This document shows positions 7,480-17,614 of a stretch of DNA of 44,731 bases, piece by piece (the stretch's first letter is position 1; every line of letters starts with the position of its first letter). Made by a program: the position numbers and the translations under genes. The stretch covers positions 1-44,731 of the forward strand of contig JAXSMZ010000010.1 of NCBI GenBank assembly GCA_037924335.1. Reading direction: 5' to 3'. Under the pieces are notes generated by a model. That model was not told where the DNA came from, did not search any database, and worked only from the letters and a program-made list of their open reading frames with translations. Origin of the DNA: Aquificaceae bacterium. Lineage in GTDB: Bacteria; Aquificota; Aquificia; Aquificales; Aquificaceae.

Positions 7480-9773
7480 GTGCTACAGCTTTCACACTCT
7501 TCTATCTCAGTTAAAGACTTACTCCTGCAGTAGTAAACGCTTTTCAGCCCAAGCTCCCAAGAGAGCTCATAGAGCCTTGAAAGCTTTCTACCATCAATAT
7601 TTTCAGGGTCTATGAATAGGTTTAAGGATTGAGCCTGGTCTATCCATTTTTGCCTCACGGCAGCAGCTTTGATTATCCACTCTTGGTCTATGCTATAGGC
7701 GCTCTTGTAGTGCCAAAAGTATTTGTCTACCTCTGGTGGCACTTGGGGAAGTATTCCAGACATGTTTTCTTCTTTGTAATACTTGGCAAATATAGGGTCT
7801 GTTGATGGTGTCGCTCCTATTATCAAAGATGTTGATCCAGTTGGCATCAAAGCGAGAAGGTATGCATTCCTCATACCGTAATCCTTTACTTTCTTTGCCA
7901 AGCCTATCCAATCCAGATTGTTCCTAGATATTCTTTGATTTTCTTCTGCTGTCCTTCCAAAGAATATACCTTTGCTCCAATCTGAACCGTCAAAGAGCTC
8001 ATACTTACCCCTCTCCTTTGCAAGCTCACAGGATGCATCTATGGCATAGTAAGCTATGCTTTCAAAGAGCCTGTCTGCAAATTCAAGATGCTCCTCACTT
8101 TCCCATTGGATGTTGTTCTTCACAAGGCAGTAGTGATAGTTGCTTACTCCTATACCTATGGCTCTATACCGTCTGTTTGTATACTCTGCTTCTTTAATAG
8201 CATAAAAGTTCATGGATATAACGTTGTCCAACATCCTGACGAGCAAAGGTACAACCCTCGATATGTCCTCTTTCTTGTAAACCATACCGAGGTTTAAAGA
8301 CCCCAAGTTGCAAACGACCACATCACCAGATTGCTTTCTTTGAGTTATTAACCCATCGTCACCCACATTTACTTCCAGATGTTTGGTCACAGACATGTTT
8401 TGTACTATCTCATGGCAGAGGTTACTCGAGTAAACCATACCGCAGTGCTTGTTGGGATTTAAGATGTTGGCTCTATCTCTGAAAAATATGTAAGGTTCTC
8501 CAGTTTCGAAGACAACAGAAAGTAGCCTTTTCCACAGTTCAAAGGCCTTTACCTCCCTTTTCGCAAAAGAAGGGACCTCCCTTTCGAGCTTTACATAGAG
8601 CTCTTCAAACTCCTCACCGTAAAGGTCTTCTAAGTTTTTTCCATCCTTTATGTTCTTGCAGTAGTATGGGTCGAGGAGTGTCCATTTACCATCTTCTTTT
8701 AACCTTTTCATGAATATGTCTGGTATGGATACTGCAGGATGTATATCATGGGCCTTTTTCCTTTCATCCCCTATGTTTGTCTTCACCTCCAAAAAGTCAA
8801 GCAGGTCCTTGTGCCATATGTCTAAGGTTATGGCAGCAGAGCCTTTCCTCATACCAAGCTGGTCCACATAAACCATAACGTCGTTGAGAATCTTCACCAC
8901 TGGCAGGACTCCTGAAGACGCACCCTTGAACTTTCTTATGGGGGCACCAGTTGCCCTTATCTTACCAAGATATATGCCAAGCCCTCCAGCAAACTTAGAG
9001 ATCTGCCCGGCCTTTTGCACATTATCAAAGATATCGTAAAGGTCATCGTCCACTGTCAGAACAAAGCAAGAGCTCAGCTGTGTGTACTGTCTTCTGGCGT
9101 TCATTAGGGTTGGAGTTGCTAAGGAAACTTCATGAGTGCTAAGAAGGTCATAAAAAAGTTTGGCCAGCCTTAGTTTGCTTTCCCCCTCTGGAATGGCCAA
9201 AGTCATGCTTATGAGCATATACATCTCTTGTGGTAATTCTATGACTTTACCTTCTTCGTCCCTAATTAAGTATCTATCGTAAAGGGTCTTTATTCCGATG
9301 TAATTAAACTGCAAGTCCCTCTCTGGTTTTATGTAGTTAGCGAGCTCATCAAACTCTTCTTTTGTATAGTGTTTCAAAAGATAATCACCGTATATGTCCC
9401 TTTCTGAGTAGACTTTTACAAGGTGGTAAAAGCTCTCTGGATTGTAAGGTTTGTATTTGACATAATATCCGTTTATTTTATCCTTTACTTTATACCCCCT
9501 TATATGTCCCACGTCTTTGTACATGTCATAAAGCAAAAGCCTGGCTGCCACATACTGCCATTGTGGATTCTCCGGAGATATCTTTTCTGCTGCAGTCCTT
9601 ATGAGAAGCTGCTGTATCTCTTTAGTCGTTATTCCTTCTCTGAACTGGATGTGAGCATCTGTCTCTAACTCTAAAGGGTCAACATTTAATCCTTTGCACG
9701 CAAAATCTATAACTATCCTTATTTTGGATATGTCCATCTGCTCCCTGCTGAGGTTTCTCTTTATAACATACAT
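7476..9773 (-). CDS. nrdA: class I ribonucleoside-diphosphate reductase alpha subunit with N-terminal ATP cone
   Basis: VIKR ATP-cone start, [25 protein letters not shown] radical-transfer pair and C-terminal CESC. Start moved to ATG 9773 after AGGAGG. Confidence 0.96.
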   Translation of the reverse strand: MYVIKRNLSREQMDISKIRIVIDFACKGLNVDPLELETDAHIQFREGITTKEIQQLLIRTAAEKISPENPQWQYVAARLLLYDMYKDVGHIRGYKVKDKINGYYVKYKPYNPESFYHLVKVYSERDIYGDYLLKHYTKEEFDELANYIKPERDLQFNYIGIKTLYDRYLIRDEEGKVIELPQEMYMLISMTLAIPEGESKLRLAKLFYDLLSTHEVSLATPTLMNARRQYTQLSSCFVLTVDDDLYDIFDNVQKAGQISKFAGGLGIYLGKIRATGAPIRKFKGASSGVLPVVKILNDVMVYVDQLGMRKGSAAITLDIWHKDLLDFLEVKTNIGDERKKAHDIHPAVSIPDIFMKRLKEDGKWTLLDPYYCKNIKDGKNLEDLYGEEFEELYVKLEREVPSFAKREVKAFELWKRLLSVVFETGEPYIFFRDRANILNPNKHCGMVYSSNLCHEIVQNMSVTKHLEVNVGDDGLITQRKQSGDVVVCNLGSLNLGMVYKKEDISRVVPLLVRMLDNVISMNFYAIKEAEYTNRRYRAIGIGVSNYHYCLVKNNIQWESEEHLEFADRLFESIAYYAIDASCELAKERGKYELFDGSDWSKGIFFGRTAEENQRISRNNLDWIGLAKKVKDYGMRNAYLLALMPTGSTSLIIGATPSTDPIFAKYYKEENMSGILPQVPPEVDKYFWHYKSAYSIDQEWIIKAAAVRQKWIDQAQSLNLFIDPENIDGRKLSRLYELSWELGLKSVYYCRSKSLTEIEECESCST

Positions 9774-9801
9774 GGCCGTTCCTCCTCTTTTTGGAGTTAA
9801 A

Positions 9802-9830
9802 AGCTTAAACCCTGGATTTTCCCCTGTCAA
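9802..9830 (-). promoter_or_regulatory. sigma70 promoter of nrdA
   Basis: TTGACA (9830-9825), 17 nt, TAAGCT (9807-9802). Confidence 0.65.
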
Positions 9831-9896
9831 ACTTTTAAACTCTCAAGAATCAAGAGAAAACATGATATGTGTGTAAGTTCCTAAAAGTTCAGTGAT

Positions 9897-11162
9897 TTAT
9901 GTCGCCTCCAGCTCTGATATGCTTTCTATGTGATAGGTCTGGGGGAAGTTATCAATAAGTTTGACGCTTTTGAGACAATAAGACCCACTAACTAAAGCTT
10001 TTATGTCCCTTGCCGCAGTAGCAGGGTTACAAGAAACATAAAGGATCCTTTTAGGTTTGTTTTGGAGTATCAACCTTATCTCATCGGTAGTTATTCCAGT
10101 CCTTGGTGGGTCAAGCAAAAGAAGGTCTATTATCTCTCCAGCATGATTCTTCAGAGCTCGGTAAGCACTTTCATGACTGAACACTACGTTGTGCCTTCCG
10201 TTTATCTTGGCACTGTAGTCTGCATCCTTTATCGCTGAGGGGTTTGTATCAGAAGCCAAAACAAAGCTTGAATTTTCCGAAAGGGGTATGCTAAAAAAAC
10301 CAGCACCACAGTAAAGCTCAAGGACTCTTCCATAGCTTTCCTTCACAACACTCTTTATAAACTCTTCCCAAAGCGTGTGATTAACTTGGAAGAAAGAATC
10401 GTTGCTCACTCTATACTTGTACTTACCAACCTGCACATAGGTAAAGTTTCTACCTATGTGATACCTCTCAATGAGCTTATCTCCTAACTTTGAATAATTG
10501 CCAATTCCTACAACTCTGCTGGGAAGAAGGAACTGCTTTAGACTCCTTAGCTTATCCTTATCAAAGAATGTTGCCGTTATCAGCTTTAAGAGAATCTCAT
10601 CTTCACTCGGTGAGTAAAAAACATGTATTTCTTGAAGGTCGTGCATCTTCTTGCAAAGTTCTTTCAAAGCGGGTATGGTTTGATTTATAGCAGGGTGCGA
10701 AATGGGGCATTCGTTTATACTTATAAGGTTTTTTGTCCCCCATGCAAAGAATCCAAAATTATCTCCCTCTACTTTAAACTGAACCTTTATTCTGTAATTC
10801 AGTTCTTCCTTTGACCTGATGCTATCATCAAGTCTTTCTATTTCCAATTTTCCTATGCGACTTAGGCTTTCAAGCAGAATATCCTCCTTTAACTTTACCT
10901 GCTTTTCGTACTCAATATGCTGAAGCTGACATCCACCGCAGTAGTAATAATACTTGCACGGTGGGTCCTTCCTGAAAGGTGATCTTACCGATACCTCCCT
11001 TGTTACTGCCTCCACGTAGTCTTTTTTTTCGTTTATAACTTCGGCAAGAACTATCTCCCCAGGTATTGCATAACGTACAAGGAACTTCTTGCCCCTACGC
11101 TCAGCAAGGGAATAACCACCGTAAACCATCTTGTTTATGGAAAGTTTAAAAAGAGAGCTCAT
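9897..11162 (-). CDS. rlmD: 23S rRNA (uracil-C5)-methyltransferase, TRAM domain plus Fe-S motif
   Basis: C..Y..CGGCQLQH, SFFQVN, ELYCGAG, DPPR, YVSCNP and FPQTYHIE motifs. Confidence 0.9.
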   Translation of the reverse strand: MSSLFKLSINKMVYGGYSLAERRGKKFLVRYAIPGEIVLAEVINEKKDYVEAVTREVSVRSPFRKDPPCKYYYYCGGCQLQHIEYEKQVKLKEDILLESLSRIGKLEIERLDDSIRSKEELNYRIKVQFKVEGDNFGFFAWGTKNLISINECPISHPAINQTIPALKELCKKMHDLQEIHVFYSPSEDEILLKLITATFFDKDKLRSLKQFLLPSRVVGIGNYSKLGDKLIERYHIGRNFTYVQVGKYKYRVSNDSFFQVNHTLWEEFIKSVVKESYGRVLELYCGAGFFSIPLSENSSFVLASDTNPSAIKDADYSAKINGRHNVVFSHESAYRALKNHAGEIIDLLLLDPPRTGITTDEIRLILQNKPKRILYVSCNPATAARDIKALVSGSYCLKSVKLIDNFPQTYHIESISELEAT

Positions 11163-12142
11163 TTCAGAGTAGTCAGCTTCTGAAAGTCTTCCTCAGACAT
11201 AAGGTCTATGTACCATCCAGTTAATCTATTTGCAAGTTTAACGTTCACGCCATGCTTTCCTATTGCAACGGACAGCTTTTCTTTTGGAACGGCAACTTCA
11301 GCCCTCTTCTCTTTTGGTATCAGCCTTATCTGCTTGACCACTGCAGGAGAAAGACTCCTCTTTATTAGCTCTTCTATGTCATCGGTCCATCGTATTACAT
11401 CTATCTTTTCGCCGGAGAGTTCTTCCGATATAGAGATTATGCGTGACCCTTTTATTCCCACAACTACACCTACAGGGTCCATTTTCATATCTCTGGCATA
11501 AACGAGCACCTTTGCCCTCTCTCCAGGCTCTCTAACTATTGCCTTTATCTCAATATCACCGCTTTTGATCTCTGGAACTTCGGTTTCAAGAAGCTTCCTT
11601 AAAAACTTGGGATGTGTTCTGGAGAGTATTATCTCGTACCTGCCCCTGAACTTTTTAACCTCAAGCAGAAGAGCTCTTACCCTATCGCCCTGCCTGTAAG
11701 TCTCCTTTTTTATCTGTTCCCTCTTGGGAAGAACACCCGTTACCTTTCCTAAATCTAAGACAATGTCCCCATCTTCGAGCACCTTTCTAACTATACCCAC
11801 TACTACCTCACCCTCATGCTCTGCCAGCTCAAGATAACCCTTCTCTTCTTCAGCCCTTTCTAACTCTTTTAAAAACTCCTCCTTAGCAGCGTAAGCGGCT
11901 ATCCTGTTCATGTCCTCCGTTGATATATCCAATGGAACCTTAGTCGTTTCTGTGTCACCCTTTTTCAATACATAAACCTTTATCCCTTCATCCAAAAGGT
12001 CAATCTGTATGTTTTCCTTCAGCTTTCTCTCCTTTTTTACAGCAAGGGCTATGGAGTTTTTAAGAGCGTTTTCTACTATCCATTCGGGAAGGTCTTTTTC
12101 TTTTGCAACCTGTTCTATGAGCTTTTTTAGATTTCTTACCAT
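11159..12142 (-). CDS. nusA: transcription termination/antitermination factor NusA
   Basis: LSRTHP, EVPEI, REPGERAK, DPVG..VG..GSRI and AIGKHGVNVKLA motifs. Confidence 0.97.
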   Translation of the reverse strand: MVRNLKKLIEQVAKEKDLPEWIVENALKNSIALAVKKERKLKENIQIDLLDEGIKVYVLKKGDTETTKVPLDISTEDMNRIAAYAAKEEFLKELERAEEEKGYLELAEHEGEVVVGIVRKVLEDGDIVLDLGKVTGVLPKREQIKKETYRQGDRVRALLLEVKKFRGRYEIILSRTHPKFLRKLLETEVPEIKSGDIEIKAIVREPGERAKVLVYARDMKMDPVGVVVGIKGSRIISISEELSGEKIDVIRWTDDIEELIKRSLSPAVVKQIRLIPKEKRAEVAVPKEKLSVAIGKHGVNVKLANRLTGWYIDLMSEEDFQKLTTLK

Positions 12143-12609
12143 TTTTCTATCTCCAAGTTAGCCCTTGCTATCGAGGAGATGGGAATGTAAAGAAATTCGT
12201 TGCTATCCTTTTCTCTAAGCTTAACGATCCCTTCCTTAGCATCCTCTATATAGCCTCTGACCTCCCTTTTCCCACCCAAAGGTTCTTTTAGTACAGCTTT
12301 TATTAGCCTACCTTTGAAGAACTCGTAATGCTCTGGCTTTGTTAGCTCCCTTGTGAGTCCTGGCGAAGAAACCTCAAGGACGTACGATGTGGGTATAATA
12401 TCCTCAACATCAAGTAGAGCGCTCACTCTCTTGCTCACTTCCTCACAATCATATATGGTTATACCACCCTCCTTATCCAAGATGATCCTTAGGACCCATC
12501 CTTTTTCAGGCTTGAACTCTACGTCGAAGAGTTTAAAACCCATACCTTTAACGATGGGTTCTACAAGTTCTTTAACCCTCGGAACAACATTTTTTTCCTC
12601 TATACGCAT
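12136..12609 (-). CDS. rimP: ribosome maturation factor RimP
   Basis: DCEEVS..VSALLDVED and YVLEVSSPGLTR motifs; upstream of nusA. Confidence 0.96.
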   Translation of the reverse strand: MRIEEKNVVPRVKELVEPIVKGMGFKLFDVEFKPEKGWVLRIILDKEGGITIYDCEEVSKRVSALLDVEDIIPTSYVLEVSSPGLTRELTKPEHYEFFKGRLIKAVLKEPLGGKREVRGYIEDAKEGIVKLREKDSNEFLYIPISSIARANLEIEKW

Positions 12610-12616
12610 GTTTAAA

Positions 12617-12637
12617 ATTATAGCATGCGGTTATAAT
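12617..12637. promoter_or_regulatory. back-to-back -10 elements for rimP (minus) and moxR (plus)
   Basis: Minus strand TGCTATAAT (12625-12617, extended -10); plus strand TATAAT at 12632-12637. Confidence 0.6.
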
Positions 12638-12651
12638 TGAGATTGAGAAGT

Positions 12652-13554
12652 ATGTATATAAACAGCATAGTATCAGAGGTAGGCTCTGTTTTAAAGGGAA
12701 AGGATGAGGTAATAACCTACTCTCTTGTATGCTTTTTGTCTGGCGGTCATCTTATGCTTGAAGATGTACCTGGCGTTGGAAAGACTACTCTTGCTCTTGC
12801 CCTTTCAAAGGTGTTGGGTCTTTCCTTTGGGAGAATACAGTTTACAAGCGACCTTTTACCATCAGATATAGTAGGGGTAAGCATCTATGACCAATCAAAG
12901 AAATCCTTTGTCTTCAGACAGGGTCCCATATTCCACAACATAGTTCTAGCAGATGAGATAAACAGGGCAACGCCTAAAACTCAGAGTGCTCTCCTCGAAG
13001 CTATGGCAGAAGGAAAGGTTAGCGTTGATGGTATAACCTACGATCTTCCTTATCCCTTTTTTGTAATAGCAACCCAGAATCCAGTAGAGCAGTATGGAAC
13101 CTATCCTCTCCCAGAGTCTCAGCTCGATAGGTTCAGCATGAGGCTTTCCATAGGTTATCCAGACCAACAGACAGAAGTGCAGGTCATAAGGGGAGAAAAC
13201 CCTTTTGAAAGGATCGAAAGATTAAACACTGTTACAAAGGTGCAGGATATAGTAAGCACTATCCAGCAGATAAAGAGATTCTATGTTTCTCCAGATGTTG
13301 GTAATTTTGTTATAGAGATAGTAAATCAGGTAAGGAATCATCCAGATGTGATATTGGGCGTTTCAACAAGGGGAGCCATACATTTAATAAGCTGTGCAAA
13401 GGCACTTGCCTACACTAAGGGTAGAGACTTTGTAGTTCCAGATGATGTGATAGAGCTTGCTCCATTGACACTCCCCCATAGGATAATAACTAAGGACCAT
13501 ACAAACCCAAAGGCTATAATAAAGGAAATCCTAAAAAAAGTTCAAGTACCTTAA
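12652..13554 (+). CDS. MoxR-family AAA+ ATPase
   Basis: EDVPGVGKT, RIQFTSDLLPSD, LADEINRATPKTQSALLEAM and ATQNP.EQ.GTYPLPESQLDRF motifs. Start placed at ATG 12652. Confidence 0.95.
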   Translation: MYINSIVSEVGSVLKGKDEVITYSLVCFLSGGHLMLEDVPGVGKTTLALALSKVLGLSFGRIQFTSDLLPSDIVGVSIYDQSKKSFVFRQGPIFHNIVLADEINRATPKTQSALLEAMAEGKVSVDGITYDLPYPFFVIATQNPVEQYGTYPLPESQLDRFSMRLSIGYPDQQTEVQVIRGENPFERIERLNTVTKVQDIVSTIQQIKRFYVSPDVGNFVIEIVNQVRNHPDVILGVSTRGAIHLISCAKALAYTKGRDFVVPDDVIELAPLTLPHRIITKDHTNPKAIIKEILKKVQVP

Positions 13555-13557
13555 TTT

Positions 13558-13904
13558 TGGTGGAGGCGGGCGGAATCGAACCGCCGTCCGGAAACAGCCC
13601 GGACAAAAGGACCTCTACAAGCTTAGGGAGTAGTTTTGATACGTGCCTCTGGAAGTCCTACTCCCAAACTCCCAAAGGCAGTTGGGGTTATGTCTCGAGA
13701 ACAAGCCACCCCACGAGCTTGCTTCTCATAGCCTTTGTCTATGAGCCCATCCCACAGCCCAAAGGCGAAGCCATAGGCGAGCCGCTGCTAAGAATTAAGC
13801 AGCGAGAGCGAACTGTGCTTCGGGAAGTGTTTGGTTTGGCTGTTCAGGTTGCCACCCTGCTTGCCATCCTTTGCCTACCGTCCCCGTCGAATCCGTTCGC
13901 CCCC
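13558..13904 (-). ncRNA. ssrA: tmRNA
   Basis: 5' end GGGGGCGAACGGAUUCGACGGGG, 3' end GGCGGUUCGAUUCCGCCCGCCUCCACCA, 347 nt. The internal tag frame ends ALAA-stop at 13827-13795. Confidence 0.97.
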
Positions 13905-13908
13905 TACA

Positions 13909-13926
13909 AGGGGTCAAAAGACCCCT
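13909..13926. other. GC-rich hairpin AGGGGTC-N4-GACCCCT just upstream of the tmRNA 5' end
   Basis: Perfect 7-bp inverted repeat 4 nt from the mature 5' end; no U-tract. Confidence 0.6.
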
Positions 13927-13961
13927 CAACAGTATTAAATATATACAAGCTTGAAAATTCT

Positions 13962-14417
13962 TCAACATCTCTTAAGCACATCCTTTAACATCTTTCTCAT
14001 CTTTGGAAAGTGTGTTCCTTTCCAAAAGATGGCATCACACTTTGGACATACTGTAAAGTCATCTGCAAACTCGTAAACTATAGATGGTATTCTGTCTTTT
14101 ATTTTTTCCTTATCTATGGACTCCAGCTGCCAATTGCAATAGGGACATCTGTTTAGTTTGAGCTTTGGCTCTATACTGAAGTGTTTTAAGAGCAAACATA
14201 GCTGGACTTCCCAATCATCCTTGGGTATTAAAAAGTGGTCTACACCCCATGCTTTTAAATGTTTTTCCCACTTCCTTGAGGTTGTTACAAACACCCTGTT
14301 TGGATACTTCAATACATCCCTTTTGTTTATGTGTCCCTTCAAAAGTTCTGCATCTTGCCCAAGAAACCTAAGCCACTTGGCCAGCTTTTCAAGGTCAGCC
14401 TCAAGTAAAAATTTCAA
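13962..14417 (-). CDS. Mut7-C RNase-domain (DUF82) protein with zinc ribbon
   Basis: LAKWLRFLGQD, RCPYCN and CPKC..IFWKGTH motifs. TTG start overlaps the leuC end. Confidence 0.9.
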   Translation of the reverse strand: MKFLLEADLEKLAKWLRFLGQDAELLKGHINKRDVLKYPNRVFVTTSRKWEKHLKAWGVDHFLIPKDDWEVQLCLLLKHFSIEPKLKLNRCPYCNWQLESIDKEKIKDRIPSIVYEFADDFTVCPKCDAIFWKGTHFPKMRKMLKDVLKRC

Positions 14418-15687
14418 CTTCTTCTATTTTTACCACTTCCTCTGGATGTGCTATCCTTCCCAGCAAGGCACTCGCCGCTACTACAGCAGGGTTTGCAAGG
14501 TATGCTTCGCTCTTAGGATGTCCCATCCTACCCGGAAAGTTTCTGTTAGAGGTTGATATGCATCTTTCACCCTCTGCAAGTATTCCCATATGTCCACCAA
14601 GGCAAGGACCGCATGTTGAAACAGACACAACACACCCAGATTCAATAAAAACGTCTATTAACCCCTCATGCAAGGCTCTATGGTAGACCTCCTTGGAAGC
14701 TGGTATGACTATGCACCTTACATAAGGATGCACTTTTTTACCCTTTAGTATACCTGCTGCAATTCTCAAGTCCTCTATTCTTCCATTGGTGCAAGAACCT
14801 ATGAAGGCTTGGTCTATAGTTATATGCGTTGACTCGCTCACTGGATGTATGTTAGAGGGTAGATAGGGCCATGCTACCAACGGCTCTATATCTTCCGCAT
14901 TCCACTCGTAAACTTCTACATAGCTTGCATCTTTATCGCTCTTGTAGACCTTCCACGGTCTTTTGGCTCTTTTGGATACATAATCTACGGTCTTCTCATC
15001 CGGCGGAATTATCCCACTTTTTGCACCAGCCTCTATGGCCATGTTGGCTATGGTCAACCTTTGCTCTATGGAGATGTTTTTTATTGTTTCACCTTCAAAC
15101 TCCATAGCTCGGTAAAGAGCTCCATCTACTCCTATCTTTCCGATGGTATAAAGGATGAGATCCTTCCCCATAACCCATGCTTTTGGCTTTCCATAAAAGA
15201 TAAACTTCATTGATTCTGGAACTCTGAGCCATACCTCACCAGTTGCCATGGCATAGGCCAAGTCTGTGGAACCTACACCCGTAGCAAAGGCACCTATACC
15301 ACCATAGGTGCATGTGTGTGAGTCTGCTCCTACTACAAGGTCACCTGGTACCACTATGCCTTGTTCCGGCAGTATAGTATGCTCTATCCCTTCACCTTCC
15401 TGAAAAAGCCATCTGATGCTATGCTTTCTTGCGAAGGACCTTACTATCTTTGCCTGCTCCGCTGATTTTATGTCCTTAGCTGGAACAAAATGGGACAGTA
15501 CAAGGGCTATACGTTCTGAGTCAAAAACTGTGTCTATTCCATACTTCTCGAGAGTTTTGATGGCTAAAGGTGCTGTTACATCGTTTGCCATGGCAAGGTC
15601 TACTTTTGCAGTTATTAGCTCTCCCGGATGAACTTCCTTCTTTCCAGCATGCTCAGCAAGTATCTTTTCTGTTATGGTCATACCCAT
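14401..15687 (-). CDS. leuC: 3-isopropylmalate dehydratase large subunit (LeuC/HacA type)
   Basis: MTITEKIL, GADSHTCT, IGSCTNGR, CGPCLG and STSNRNFPGRMG motifs. Confidence 0.93.
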   Translation of the reverse strand: MGMTITEKILAEHAGKKEVHPGELITAKVDLAMANDVTAPLAIKTLEKYGIDTVFDSERIALVLSHFVPAKDIKSAEQAKIVRSFARKHSIRWLFQEGEGIEHTILPEQGIVVPGDLVVGADSHTCTYGGIGAFATGVGSTDLAYAMATGEVWLRVPESMKFIFYGKPKAWVMGKDLILYTIGKIGVDGALYRAMEFEGETIKNISIEQRLTIANMAIEAGAKSGIIPPDEKTVDYVSKRAKRPWKVYKSDKDASYVEVYEWNAEDIEPLVAWPYLPSNIHPVSESTHITIDQAFIGSCTNGRIEDLRIAAGILKGKKVHPYVRCIVIPASKEVYHRALHEGLIDVFIESGCVVSVSTCGPCLGGHMGILAEGERCISTSNRNFPGRMGHPKSEAYLANPAVVAASALLGRIAHPEEVVKIEEVEIFT

Positions 15688-15709
15688 TTGATACCTCCAA
15701 AAGAGTTTT

Positions 15710-17578
15710 TCATACGTTAACTTTCTTTTCCTCTTCCTTCTTTAAGCTTTCATCCTTCTTGCATTCGTTCTTTATATCCACGTCGTAAAGTTTCAGTATC
15801 TCCACAAACTCCTCGCAGGAAATGGTCTCTTTCTCAAGAAGTTTCTTTACGACAGCTTTCAGTGGTTCTTGGTATGTTTCGATAGTTTTTCTTGTCTCTT
15901 CGTAAGACCATGCGAGTATCTGCTTCACTTCTTCATCTATCTCCTTCCTAAGCTCCTCGCTTATGTCAACGGACGTGCTTATACCACCAAGGAACGGATT
16001 GGCAACCTTTCTAACTGCTAAAGGTCCAACCCTATCGCTCATACCCCACATAGAAACCATCCTGTAGGATAGCTCTGTGGCCCTTTGAAGGTCATTCTCA
16101 GCACCAGTAGTTATGCCATCCTTCCCATAGAAAACCTCTTCTGCGGCACGACCACCCATTAGGACAAGTATCCTTCCCATTAGGTCTTGCTTATCGTACA
16201 TATGTTTGTCATCTATAGGAAGCTGTTGAGTAACACCGAGAGCCATACCTCTTGGTATTATGGAGACCTTGTGAAGAGCATCTGAGCCAGGAACCATCAA
16301 GCTCATCAAAGCATGGCCTGCTTCATGGTAAGCTATCTTTTCCTTCTCCTTAGGGGATATGACCATACCCTTTCTTTCAAGTCCCATGGTAACCCTGTCT
16401 ATAGCCTCTTCTATGTCTTCCATCTCTATGGCATCTTTACCCTTTCTTGCTGCCAGAAGGGCCGCTTCGTTTAGCACGTTTTCAAGGTCTGCTCCAGTAA
16501 AGCCAGGCGTTGCTCTTGCAACTATCTCCAAGTCTACGTTTGGGGAGAGTTTTTTATCCTTTGCATGTACCTTTAGTATCTCATACCTACCTCTTACATC
16601 TGGCCTTGGTATGAATATCTGCCTGTCAAACCTACCAGGTCTCAGAAGGGCTGGGTCAAGGATGTCTGGCCTGTTTGTGGCAGCTATTACTATTATTCCC
16701 TCTGATGGGTCAAAACCGTCCATTTCAACAAGGAGTTGGTTTAGAGTTTGTTCTCTTTCGTCATGTCCACCGCCAAGGTTTACAGCTCCCCTTGACCTTC
16801 CAACGGCATCTATCTCATCTACGAATATGATGCACGGTGCATGTTTTTTAGCTGTATCAAAAAGGTCTCTCACTCTTGCTGCACCAACTCCTACAAACAT
16901 CTCAACAAAATCTGACCCAGAGACAGATATAAAGGGTACGTGGGCTTCACCCGCTATGGCTCTTGCGAGAAGCGTCTTACCAACACCCGGTTCACCGTAA
17001 AACAGAACACCTTTTGGGGGTCTACCACCCAACTTTTGGAATTTTACTGGGTCTTTGAGATAATCTATGATCTCTTTTACTTCTTCCTTTACTTCCTCCA
17101 TACCTGCCACATGGTCAAGAGTTACCTTTGGCTTTTCATCTATGTATACCTTTGCCCTGCTTTTACCAAAAGTAAAGGCTCTCGAGCCTGGGTTTCCTCC
17201 ACCGCTAACCTGTCTCATCATGTATATCCATATTCCTATGAAGAGAAGAATGGGAAGCCAGGAGATTAAAAAGCTCACAAGCCATCCGTTATGTTCTGGT
17301 ACAGAGACATCAACCTTTACACCCTTGTCCATGAGCTTTCCCACCACATCCGAACCTGGTGGTATACCCGTTTCTATCCTTTGCCCATCTGTTGTAACTC
17401 CAACTATAAGGTTGTCTTTGACTTTAACCTCTTTGAGTTTTCCTTCGTCTGCAAGCTCAAGCACAGTGTTTACCGGTGTCTTTACGGCACTCTCTCTATT
17501 TCCCTCAAAGAGATTGAAAGCTAAGATCATAAATCCAAGTATGAGAATCCAAAAAAAGATGTTCTTAAACCACTGCAT
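15710..17578 (-). CDS. ftsH: ATP-dependent zinc metalloprotease FtsH
   Basis: Two TM helices, [17 protein letters not shown] motif and HEAGH. Confidence 0.98.
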   Translation of the reverse strand: MQWFKNIFFWILILGFMILAFNLFEGNRESAVKTPVNTVLELADEGKLKEVKVKDNLIVGVTTDGQRIETGIPPGSDVVGKLMDKGVKVDVSVPEHNGWLVSFLISWLPILLFIGIWIYMMRQVSGGGNPGSRAFTFGKSRAKVYIDEKPKVTLDHVAGMEEVKEEVKEIIDYLKDPVKFQKLGGRPPKGVLFYGEPGVGKTLLARAIAGEAHVPFISVSGSDFVEMFVGVGAARVRDLFDTAKKHAPCIIFVDEIDAVGRSRGAVNLGGGHDEREQTLNQLLVEMDGFDPSEGIIVIAATNRPDILDPALLRPGRFDRQIFIPRPDVRGRYEILKVHAKDKKLSPNVDLEIVARATPGFTGADLENVLNEAALLAARKGKDAIEMEDIEEAIDRVTMGLERKGMVISPKEKEKIAYHEAGHALMSLMVPGSDALHKVSIIPRGMALGVTQQLPIDDKHMYDKQDLMGRILVLMGGRAAEEVFYGKDGITTGAENDLQRATELSYRMVSMWGMSDRVGPLAVRKVANPFLGGISTSVDISEELRKEIDEEVKQILAWSYEETRKTIETYQEPLKAVVKKLLEKETISCEEFVEILKLYDVDIKNECKKDESLKKEEEKKVNV

Positions 17579-17614
17579 CCAAAAACCTCCTAATATAGAT
17601 AAACATAATCAAGC

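Noticed and set aside
7476..9773. Intein or intron in nrdA
   Set aside because: Length is normal, and there are no C...HN splice motifs or LAGLIDADG signature.
9855..9876. Possible NrdR box (AAACATGATATGTGTG)
   Set aside because: Only about half of the 16 consensus positions match, and there is no tandem partner.
13557..13988. 143-aa plus-strand ORF (MVEAGGIEPPS...)
   Set aside because: It is the antisense reading of tmRNA; MVEAGGIEP is the typical reverse translation of a T-arm and acceptor end.
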